Assembly (NCBI GenBank): GCA_002269645.1
Contig: NIVC01004159.1
Coordinates: 1-57,419 of the forward strand
Length of the DNA stretch: 57,419 bases
Reading direction: 5' to 3'
From: Macrostomum lignano
Taxonomy: Eukaryota
The first letter of the stretch is position 1. Each line of letters begins with the position of its first letter. The notes beneath the pieces were generated by a model that made no database searches, had not been told where the DNA came from, and saw only the letters and a program-made list of their open reading frames with translations. Shown here piece by piece: positions 1-27,624 of this stretch. The position numbers and the translations under genes were made by a program.

Positions 1-730
1 AAAACAGCATGTGCACCAAGAAAAAGAAATGCGCCTTGTATTAGGCCTAGTAGTTGTATTAATCGTAAAAATAAGAATCATATTTTGAAATTTAAATTTT
101 ATGTATTTTTGAATTTTCATTTACGTTAATAAAATAATGATTGTCATAATATTGATTGTATAATTTGTATATAAACAATACACTTTACATGTGAACTAAG
201 ATTTTACTGTGTAGATGTATAGACTGTGTGCCAAATGCAACAGCGCCAAGAGTCATGTGTGTATATATACCAGATGCACACATTTTTTCTGCTCTCATTG
301 TGCGCCGTGTGTGCCAGACAGCACACAAAAAATTTTTTTGCTCTCACTGTGTGCCGTGTGCGCCAGAAAATTCCTTTGTGTGCACTGCAATTTTGCGTGG
401 AATTTACCACCTTCCTGACTGTGGTTGTACCTGCTGCCAAGCTACTGAATCTGATGGATGGCACATTCCCTTTGCACTAAATGTATGATAAGACTCGCGA
501 CATAACTTTGTCTTGTTACTCTTGTTGGCGCATATTCAAAAGTAAAAATAATTATGCAAAACAAACTGCAACATTGCCAGATTGGTTTTTGTTCTACATC
601 ATAGCCTAATGGCAAAGAAATATTGTGATTTATTTTTTAATGTAACTATTTTGTCAAATGCTATTTTTATATATACTAGGTCAATAAAAATGAAAAAAGT
701 TATTTATTGTATTATATAATTGGTTATTTG

Positions 731-1164
731 GGCAATTTCCTAGATTCACACATTTAATTATTTTCCATTTGAAATTGCGCATTTACATAATGCAAAAACA
801 AATGGGCAACAGAACAAATTAAGAACTAGTAGTTAAATATAAAAAAATTTTTTGTAATGTCAATAGTTTGTTTCTTAAATGGTATTAAGGGGTATTAAAT
901 GCTGTAGTAGTGTTGCACCCAATAGTTGTAGGCAGCACAATTGTTGTAGGCACTGGAGGTCTACTGGCCATGTTTTGAGTTTCGATATTCGCAGCTTCGA
1001 TATTCGCAGCTAATAATCCCTTCCTTTGCCATTGCTTTCACTCTTATTATCCTCAGACCTTTATTCTATAGACTATAGACTATGAGGACGCATAGACTAC
1101 ATGCCAATTTAAATGCGCAATTTCAAACAAAAAATAATCAAATGTGCAAATCTAGGAAATTGCC
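731..1164. mobile_element. MITE with ~55-bp TIRs and 9-bp TSD (Mutator-like)
   Basis: 731-785 (GGCAATTTCCTAGATT...GAAATTGCGCATTTA) is the reverse complement of 1110-1164. Flanks are GGTTATTTG (722-730) and AGTTATTTG (1165-1173), an 8/9 match. Confidence 0.7.
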
Positions 1165-2415
1165 AGTTATTTGTCCTTAGCTATACAAAATATTACAAAT
1201 GTTTTAACCCAAAATAGTTTTAACTAATTTTAACTTTATTTTATTGGTTAGGATGTTAGGTATATTGCTTAGGCCTTTAAATAAGATGATTTATTTGTGT
1301 TTTATAAATATTGGGAAAGGGGATTTAAGAATTTGATCATATATTGTCCTTTAAATTTTAATAACAAGTTATATTGACAATTTAGCTTGAGTCTTATTTC
1401 ATTTTAAATAAAAAAGTGCCTTTTGATTAAATAGATATTTTTATATTGGGGAATATTCCATAGTCAGGATCATGCTATGTGTATGCTGGAAGCCACCCCA
1501 AAAACATTTTTGGTGTGCGCCAGGTATGCCAGGCAAAATGCACAAGTGTGCTAGGTGCGCCAGTCCTAATCCTAATGTAAAAAATGTGCGATATACACAA
1601 ATCACGATATATTGTAAGTTGTAACGTTTTGTATAATTGTAAGTAAAGATTATAAATTGAACATTTGAAGATTTATGTTTTTAATTTCATAAATAAAAGA
1701 AGAAAAAGAAAAAAAACACAATTTAGAGAATATTTTAAATGAATCAATGGTTGTCAATTGTCATTATAATATATTTGCAAAATCATTGTTAAACTTTGTA
1801 CAAAATTTCACAGCTTGTTCTTTGATTTTGTCTTTTGCAGTAGCCATGGTGTAGCCTCCTCATGTGTGCCATGTGTGTGTGCCATGCAGGGTGCACCAAT
1901 TGTATATATGCCAAGGTGTACGCCAGAAGACCCTTTCAAAAACTTTGTGCGCCAAGTGTATGCCAGCTGTCTCGAATGTGCACTGGAAATTTCTGGCATA
2001 CATGACATGATCCTGAGTATGGGAATACTTGCTTTATTTATCTATAAGGTTTTCAAGTTATTTTAAGTTAAAGGAATATGCAACAAAAAGTTTGTATTTT
2101 ATCTTTAAACTATGATAGAGAATTTATGAACATCTTAAATAATTATTAAAAATTACTATATCATATACTATTCTAGGGAATATCTATTATATTTTATCTA
2201 AAATTTGCATGTGCATTTATATGATTATCTTTTAGTCTAACAACTCTTGCAGATAGTCTTTAATAAATAAGATGATAAAGGTTACATTTTTTTATGCATT
2301 GGTTTTCATTTACAACATATTACAATTCATGTTGTATCAAAATATTGTCATGAATATGCAATAAAGTCAAGTGTAGGTTTAGCTCCAAATGAAGCATTCA
2401 AATCAACCTACACAG

Positions 2416-18405
<15,990 letters not shown>

Positions 18406-21400
18406 CCTGTGATATATGGATTTGATAACGTGATTAACTGCGTCAATTAGTCCCGTGATGTGAATCTTTTTGAAGACTCTATTGATTAGAGTACTTAGTA
18501 TTCGTCCTTGCAGCATGCAGTAGGTAATGCTAATGCTTAACAGAAATTGGCTTTCTTTACTCAGAATAAATTTCTTTTTTTTTAATTCTTATATATTCAA
18601 CGCGAAAATGCAAGTTTTAATGTCAGTATTATGTTTTATTAAGCTGTAGTGCTTATTTTATTATTTATAACGTTTTTCGTTACAACTTTGCTAGCTAACT
18701 CATTGTGTTTTCGTCTGAAGAGCGCTTCCAAAACGCAAGTGTTTGCACTTTGATAAATAGCTTGATAAATAATAAATGTAGGCTTAATTGTTTATATTTC
18801 TTCATATGGTAGACTGCTAATCAGTTGAAATTTCGTTGGATTTTGTTTTGTAAGTTAAATTATATTGGAATAGTAAAGCTTCAGGATAGTTCAAACTGTC
18901 TGGTAGACTTTTAATTTTATTCTTTTTGTCTGGAGGACAGTATGTGATAATTTAGGTTTAAAAATATAAGTGATAAAAATTATTTTAGTATTTTAAATCT
19001 AGCAGTGTAGTTGATCTGGCTTAATTAATAAAGCATAGCAGTTTCATTTTAGTTTGGCTTTCTTTACTATCAGATAATTAACCTTCTGTGAGATGTCAAT
19101 TTTTTTGTGCTTTTGTTGGCATTTTTTTGGTTTTTTTAATCTAAAAACATAATATTTGCTTGTATATCAGATATTGTTTTATTAAGTTGTTGGCTATTGA
19201 AATAAATTTAAACTAACTGAAATTACTTTAAAAATGACTAGCTATTTAATAGTTCTTTTATGCCGTTTATGCTTTGTGTGGTGTGGCGTCTTTGGTTTTC
19301 AATTTCTTTGCTGGACTTTACTTTAAGGCATCGATGACGAGGTGTAGCTAATCAACTTGCTAAATAGTTTTGTCATTTAACTGCTTTTTTATTGCCAAAC
19401 GTTGATTTAAATACTAACTCGTATTATCGCTATGTATGATATGAAATATACTCTTTTATTTTTTAAACAATGTGCTCTCTGTGTGTCAACGCTTTCCCTC
19501 TAGAGTCTTATTAGATCTTTTGTTGTCAATTTCGAATGACTCATTATTGGTTTTGTCAGCCTAACTGAGAATAAAGCCATCCAAAGTGAGAATCCTGCCT
19601 ACGCTGACTGCGAAGGGCCTGGCTGCGTGCAGCCTTAGTCTATGGGCCATAGACTATAAAGGATAAGCAAAGTGATAAAAAGCCATCCAATGTGAGAATC
19701 GATTGGTCTATGCGTCGTATTCTTTTATTTTTATACCTTCTGAGCCATATGACTAGCCAATAGCCTGAACGGAATAACGGAAACAGGAATGGCTTTATTC
19801 TCAGTTAGGCTGACAAAAGCAATACTGTCCAATAGCTTGGTCCAATCTGTGTCATTTTTATTACCAACTGTAGCAGTGTAATATATACACTGTATTTTCT
19901 ATTAAAATTATATTGCCTTGAAAGTGTGCGAGTTGAATCTTTTTTTGGTGAAACTCTCATAAAGAATATATAAGGATGTGTCGCATGTACATTAGTTTTG
20001 CACCTGCAGTAATACTTAAATTTATTTAATGTTAGTGTTTTTTTCTTATGTATAATTTTTAGCAACAAATTAGCCAAAGAATTAGGAGGGCGCATGAAGA
20101 CCTAAAAATTTATTAAGTGTTGTCAGATAAGAAAAAACAGAAGTCTCACTTACGTCTGCTCACTTATTACGTAATACAGCTTGTGTACGAAATGTACATA
20201 TATGTAGTGCAGCGTACATGTAACCTGTTCATGTAAATATGCCATGGGATAAATTCTGGCTAGCAAAGTATAAAAGAGAAACTCTCACTCAACTTCAAGA
20301 ATCACAAAACAAGCAAGCTTTGCATAAAATTACGAATCATGAAATGCACAATTTACTGTTTTAAGGTCGACCCAAAATATCCCCATAAAAATTTGTTAGT
20401 GGCAAGAAAGGCAATTTCTAAGCAAAGACAAAAATTGTAACATTTTAAGTTATTTATTACTTTTATGCTGGATCCGAAAATAACAGATGGTATAAACTAT
20501 GGGTATACATACCATGCAACTAAACCGGTGCTAATTAATTATTATGATTGAAATTGGTCGCTTTCATATGGCCGAAATTTTACAACGCCGAAAACAACTG
20601 CATTATTGTCTCTCATGAGACCAAAACTTCATATACATGTAAGACCGAATTTTCATATCGTAGAATGGAAACTCAATATGTGTACAAGGCCCTTCATTAA
20701 ACCGATACTTCATACGATCGAACTTTCACAATGCCGAAAATTCTGAATAGTCCTTTAGAACTCAAGATCGGATGATCTAAGGAATGTGTGAAGCGTTAAT
20801 TTTAATATGATTTTAACAAATGTTTGTAAAAACTTTCTAAAGTGAGTTTTTAAACTATGTGTTGCTGGCATTAAATCTATTTTTTCTTTTTTTAATTACG
20901 AATGTTAGTTCACAGTTGGTTTAAAGGTAATTTTTTTCTTAAGAACATTTAAGAAATATCCATGAGTGTGCACCTGTTATATAAGATCTGTCAAGACCTG
21001 TATTTAGTATATATCATCTCTATGTGTAAGTGAGTAGTGTGTTGTAGTTCCTTATTGTTTTCTAACATGCATCTATTAATACTTGTTCTCGTAATGTCGT
21101 AATGTTCTAATGTTCTCCTAATGTCCTCGTAGTGTATCCTGGGATTATTTTTTGTGCGTAGTGTGCGTATGCACCTTAAATTTTAAAATTGCACCCTGAA
21201 ATTGAAACGTAGGTGCGGTTAAGGTGTGGTCTCATAACCTTAATATAAGAAAAAAGAGAAATCGCACTTTGAGCCTTAAAATCGCACCATGAAAGTGAGC
21301 ATAGGGTGCGATTTTGCACCTCGTCTCTGGCGAAAAAGAAAACCCTGAGTGTATCATGTAAAGTATTGTATAAGATTTAGTTTAGTATATTTTATTTTTA

Positions 21401-21708
21401 ATTTATTAAATTGAGTTGGTGGTAGGTAGCATATTATGTATTATTGGCCTAAGCAGTCTTAATGGCACTTAACTTATCTTATTTCTTATCTCTCGTCCAG
21501 GGGTTGCTAGGATCAAAGGGTTATATCTTATATTTTAGTAGATTTTCTGCCTTAAAGTGGGTTATTAACTTCTTAGATTCTAAATCTTGTAGCCTAGTTC
21601 TTAGCCTATCTTTTTGAAGATTTTCTACCCATAGAGCCCACATTTTTAATAATAGGATGAGTTCAATGCCTAGGGTCTGATATTTCTAATGACTTCATGC
21701 TTGGGCAT

Positions 21709-21856
21709 AACCTAGGGATTCACTTGGCTGTTTCTATTGGCAATACACACGTAAGTCACTATTGGATAGAATAGTGGTCACATGACTGCTCTCAGCCAAT
21801 AGCAACTTACATGTGTGTGTGTTGCCAATAGAAATGGCTGAGTGCTTCCTAAGGTT
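21709..21856. mobile_element. 148-bp palindromic MITE-like insert
   Basis: Arms AACCTAGGGATTCAC...TTTCTATTGGCAA...GTAAGT and ACTTAC...TTGCCAATAGAAA...CCTAAGGTT are inverted. GGGCAT flanks both sides (21703-21708, 21857-21862). Confidence 0.6.
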
Positions 21857-22148
21857 GGGCATGTATAAATAATTTAAGATGAAAGTATCAATCCTTTCTA
21901 TTGTAGAATCTTAAATAAAAGTAACAAGTTGATTTTTCTTATTGGTAAACCTAGCTTGTGTATTGATGGGTTTTTCTTACTGCTGTTTAAAACAAAAGAA
22001 AGTTCATAATATTTTAAATATTTTAAAAGTTACATATATTTAAGCAAATTTAAAAAGGTCCATAATATATATTTATATTATATAGGCCACACTAGCCATA
22101 CCAGTAGCTTATACTAGGCCTAGCATTTAATGTTTTTAATATAGAAAC

Positions 22149-23130
22149 ACTAGCAATCTACGCCCCCCGTTGGGGAGCCAAAGAAATGCAATACATGTTT
22201 TTTTAATAAGCTACATGTATCCTTGAAATCTTGTAAGCCTTGACATCTCAGTTATCCCCCCCACAAGCTTTAACATATCAACTTCCCCCCTTGACATCTC
22301 AGCAATGCCCCCAATAAGCCTTGGAAATCTAAAAATATCTGTTAACCTTCTAACCCTAACCCTAGCCCAACCCTAACCCTAACCCTAACCCTAACCTAAC
22401 CCTAAAGCATTGAAATTTCAGTAATTCTCTCTAAGAGTCATTATAGCACTACTACAGCATTATAGTGATTCCCTGCAAGCCTCAACATCGTAGGGATTCC
22501 CAAATGAATCTCTTAACTTTGACATGAAGCTTCTTTTATTTTTTACATTACGCTTTTTTATCAGCGATCCCTCCCCTGAGGAGGCATCAAATAATGTAAT
22601 AAAAAGTTTTCAATAAACTACATGTAGCTTCTGACTTTAGCCTTGAAATCTCATTTATACCCCCGTGAGCTTTGACATCTCAGCTATTCCCCCGTAAGCC
22701 TTGACATGTCAGCAATGGCCCCATAAACCTTGAAATCTAAAAAATCCCCTGTTAACCTTGAAACCCGATAAAATATAACCCTCAACCCACACCTGACCTA
22801 AACCTAACTTTAACCCAACCTAAAGCCTTGAAATCTCAGCAATTCTTCTCCCCTAAGCCTTGACATTTTAGTGATTCCTTCTTTAAGAATCACAGCACTA
22901 TAACGATTTCCACCAAGCTTTGACATCGTAGCAATTCCCAAATGAATCTTTTAACTTCGACATGACTTTTATTTTATGTATACATAGTGCTACTTTTTTT
23001 TACATGACTCTTCATCTCTTCTTCTATCAGCGCCCCCCCCCCCGTGACATGAACTTTGAAGTAGCTTCTGACTTTTGCTTTGACATCTCAGAAACCCCCC
23101 CCCCCCCGTAATCTCAGTTATTCTCTGAGA
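22149..23130. repeat. Dispersed/tandem ~430-bp repeat family starting ACTAGCAAT, containing (CCCTAA)n
   Basis: 22200-22600 and 22610-23050 share the same motif order (CTACATGTA, CCTTGAAATCT, CCTTGACATCTCAG, GTTAACCTT, telomere-like tract). Related starts at 26331 and 27162. Confidence 0.55.
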
Positions 23131-23254
23131 GCCTCAGTTTTTCTCCCCAGCACAGCATTATAATGGCATTTAATTTTTACATGAACCCTTCATGTCTGAC
23201 ATGACGTTTCTTTTATTCTACCATGACGCTTCTTAATTTTTTAAATGACACTTT

Positions 23255-25450
23255 CATTAGTTTTTAAATGAGGCTTCTATGATTTTTTCTTGACGCTTCT
23301 ATGATTTTTACATGACGCTTCTATGATTTTTATATGACGCTTCTATGATTTTTTACATGGCGCTTCTATGATTGTTTACATGACGCTTCTATGATTGTTT
23401 ACATGACGCTTCTATGATTGTTTACATGACACTTCTACGTTTTTTATATGACGCTTCTATGATTTTTTAAATGGCGCTTCTATGATTTTTTAATGACGCT
23501 TCTATGATTTTTTACATGACGCTTCTATGATTTTTTTACATGACGCTTCTATAATTGTTTACATGATGCTTCTATGATTGTTTACATGACGCTTCTATGA
23601 TTGTTTACATGACGCTTCTATGATTGTTTACATGACGCTTCTATGATTGTTTACATGACGCTTCTATGATTGTTTACATGACGCTTCTATGATTGTTTAC
23701 ATGACGCTTCTACGATTTTTATATGACGCTTCTATGATTTTTTAAATGACGCTTCTATGATTGTTTACATGACGCTTCTATGATTTTTTACATGACGCTT
23801 CTATGATTTTTTAAATGATGCTTCTATGATTTTGTAAATGACGCTTCTATGATTTTTACATGACGCTTCTAAGATTTTTTACATGACGCTTCTACGATTT
23901 TTTACATGACGCTTCTATGATTGTTTATATGACGCTTCTATGATTTTTTAAATGACGCTTCTATGATTGTTTACATGACGCTTCTACGATTTTTATATGA
24001 CGCTTCTATGATTTTTTAAATGACGCTTTTATGATTTTTTAATGACGCTTCTATGATTTTTTACATGACGCTTCTACGATTGTTTACATGACGCTTCTAT
24101 GATGGTTTACATGACGCTTCTATGATATTTTACATGACGCTTCTATGCTTGTTTAAATGACGCATCTATGATTTTTATATGACGCTTCTATGATTTTTTA
24201 CATGACGCTTCTATGATTTTTTACATGACACTTCTATGATTTTTTTACTTGACGCTTCTATGATTTTTTTACATGACACTTCTATGATTTTTTACATGAC
24301 GCTTCTATGATTGTTTACATGACGCTTCTATGATTGTTTACATGACGCTTCTATGATTTTTACATGGCGCTTCTATGATTTTTTACATGACGCTTCTATG
24401 ATTTTTTACATGACGCTTCTATGATTGTTATATGACGCTTCTACGATTTTTTACATGACGCTTCTATGATTTTTTACATGGCATTTCTATGATTTTTTAC
24501 ATGACGCTTCTATGATTGTTTACATGACGCTTCTATGATTGTTTACATGACGCTTCTATGATTGTTTACATGACGCTTCTATGATTGTTTACATGACGCT
24601 TCTATGATTGTTTACATGACGCTACTATGATTGTTTACATGACGCTTCTATGATTGTTTACATGACGCTTCTATGATTGTTAACATGACGCTTCTATGAT
24701 TTTTTACATTACGCTTCTATGATTGTTTACATGACGCTTCTATGATGGTTTACATGACGCTCCTATCATTTTTTAAATGACGCTTCTATGATTTTTTACA
24801 TGACGCTTCTATGATTGTTATATGACGCTTCTACGATTTTTTACATGACGCTTTTATGATTTTTATATGACGCTTCTACGTTTTTTTACATGACGCTTTT
24901 ATGATTGTTTACATGACGCTTCTATGATTTTTTACATGGCATTTCTATGATTTTTTACATGACGCTTCTATTATTGTTCACATGACGCTTCTATGATTTT
25001 TTACATGACGCTTCTATGATTTTTATATGACACTTCTACGATTTTTTACATGACGCTTCTATGATTTTTTACATGACGCTTCTATGATTTTTTACATGAC
25101 GCTTCTATGATTTTTTACATGGCATTTCTATGATTTTTTACATGACGCTTTTATGATTGTTTACATGACGCTTCTATGATTGTTTACATGACGCTTCTAT
25201 GATTGTTTACATGACGCTTCTATGATTGTTTACATGACGCTTCTATGATTGTTTACATGACGCTTCTATGATTGTTTACATGACGCTTCTATGATTGTTT
25301 ACATGACGCTTCTATGATTGTTAACATGACGCTTCTATGATTGTTAACATGACGCTTCTATGATTTTTTACATGACGCTTCTATGATTTTTATATGACGC
25401 TACTATGATTTTTTATATGATGCTTCTATGATTTTTACATGACGCTTCTT
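23255..25450. repeat. ~22-bp satellite (ATGACGCTTCTATGATTGTTTAC / ...TTTTTTAC), ~100 units
   Basis: Directly visible; intergenic between PACS and ECT2. Confidence 0.95.
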
Positions 25451-26579
25451 TTTAAAAAGTCTTTTAGTTTTCCTGACGTTGAAAAGCTTTAATTAAAAAA
25501 ATTATTTACTCTATGAAAATTCTAACCAATTCGAACCAAACTGCATTTAGCAGTTCAGTTTGTTCACCTCTAGGCTAGCTCTCATCGTTTTGATAACATC
25601 AAATTTTGCACTTATATAATTCAACACTTGAAAATCCAAGCATAGAGTAAATCACACGAAGCAGTTATGACATAATCAGTTTCTCAGTCAGTCAGTATCA
25701 GTTAACAATATGGTTACGCAATTTAAATCAAGTCTGGTGCTACGCTTCCACACTGCATTTTCAATTCAAGTCGGAGTTACAATTCAGTTATGATGCAATC
25801 TATTTCAGAATCAGAATTCAACCAGTCAGTTTTTTCTCTAGCATTCTTACAATGCATTTCAAGTCGAAAAGTTTGCTTGACCTTTGCAAAAAAGCATGTT
25901 TTTCGAATATTTAATGCCTTTAGCATCGAGCAATTTCTTAGCCACGATGCATGTACAGTCACGGGAACATTTCTGATCGAACAGTGCTAGTTCGAACAAA
26001 ATCGGTCCAGCCATTTTTTCTCTAATCAATTGCGTACAAACAAACAAACAAACAAGCAAGATTTTCATTTTTAGTATATTGGAAAAAAAAATTTCTTTTA
26101 TAAATATAGCCAGCTAATAAATACAGCCAGCCAAATATAAAGCTAGAAAAAAATCAGTTGAGTAGTTTTTTTCTAAAACTTTAAAGCAAATATATAGATA
26201 CCTACCTAGATAGATATGGAAAAACAATTTTTGGTTGGTTGGTTGGTTTGCAATTGCATATATATCAGCCTAGTTCTCTAATAAATTTGTTGATTGCTAT
26301 ATTAAATACTTCTAAATACTTAAATATCTTACTAGCAATGTAGTGCCCCCTTCAGGGTGCGCAATAAGCAAGGAACAAAAATTATTCATGAAAAACAATT
26401 TAAAAAGCACATTTTCTTAAGAACTGATTCTTTTCTCAGTTTTATAAATCATCTTTTTCAAGCACAATTGTCACGGACAAAGATGTTTACTATGGATCTC
26501 TTTTTTTTCTAAACTTAATAGAAAGACAATAAAATAAAGTTTTCACAAAGATAATAGACATTCCCCCTTAATAGAAAAC

Positions 26580-26710
26580 ATCCCACAGATAGTAAGCATC
26601 CCTCAGATAGCAAGCATCATCTTGATAGCAAGCATCCACCCAGATAGCAAGCATCATCCAAATAGCAACCATCCCCCAAATAGCAAGCATCCCCTAGATA
26701 GCAAGCATCA
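26580..26710. repeat. Short ~20-bp tandem repeat (AGATAGCAAGCATC...)
   Basis: About 6 degenerate units visible. Confidence 0.75.
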
Positions 26711-27624
26711 TTAAATGTTAGACAGTTTTGAGAATGTTTTGATTAGAATTATTTTGATTAAAATTGCTTTGATTGATACAGTTTTTATCATTTAAATTCA
26801 AGGGACCAATGGCAGTGTATAAATATTTAAAATTCAACAAGTTGTAGTAGCTTAATTCTCTAGCCTTTAGCATTTGCGAAATTGGTTGTCGCCATATTGG
26901 CTTGTCGCTGAATTGACTGGAAGCCTTATATGCTATTTCCATTGGCATTCCATATAGTATAGGTATCAGAATATCAGTGCCATTTAGTCCAAACTTAGGA
27001 TACTTAAATTTAAATCTGGGATATTGGTTGGTATCAGTCAAAAAATTTAAATCAAGTAAAACATCATTATATCTATCCTATCCTTTATATTGCAAAGCCT
27101 CTCTACCCTCTACCTCTAGAAGTTAAAAAAGTATGCAGACCCTATTTTCATATATTACTTAACTAGCAATCTGCATGCCCATTGGGGAGCAAACAAAGAA
27201 AATATACATGTAGCTTCTGACCTTAGCCTTTATATTGTAGCATTTTCCCCAAGCCTTGCTAGCTCAGCAATCCATTCCTAAATGTTGATGTCTCAGCATT
27301 TGCTACAATACAACAACCTAGAATATAGTACATTATACTCATATCATAAGCTTTTAGTTTTTAAAGTATATATTTAAAAATAAAATTAGATACTTCAGTT
27401 ATTTTGTATGTAGCTTACTAATATTTGTGTACAACAGCCTTCTAGTAGCTGCAAGCAAATTAAAAATAGTCAATTGTAAACACTTCTTTGATAAGAATCT
27501 ATTTCTTATCAGGTATATTAAATTTATAAATTTATTCAATATGCCCCCAGTTGCAGCTCTCGCATCCCATCTAGTCCAACAGATAATTAGTTTATAAAAG
27601 TCCTTGAACAGCTGCAAAACAAAT

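Noticed and set aside
18703-18738. Hammerhead ribozyme-like CTGAAGA core within a small hairpin
   Set aside because: No stem I, no GAAA after stem II; the core is incomplete. Similarly, CTGATGAG at ~56351 lacks the GAAA strand.
22350-22405. Chromosome end or healed telomere
   Set aside because: Short, imperfect, internal, and embedded in a repeat family that has a degenerate second copy.
23255-25450. CRISPR-like appearance of regularly spaced conserved cores
   Set aside because: No unique spacers (only T-run variants), eukaryotic context, no cas genes.
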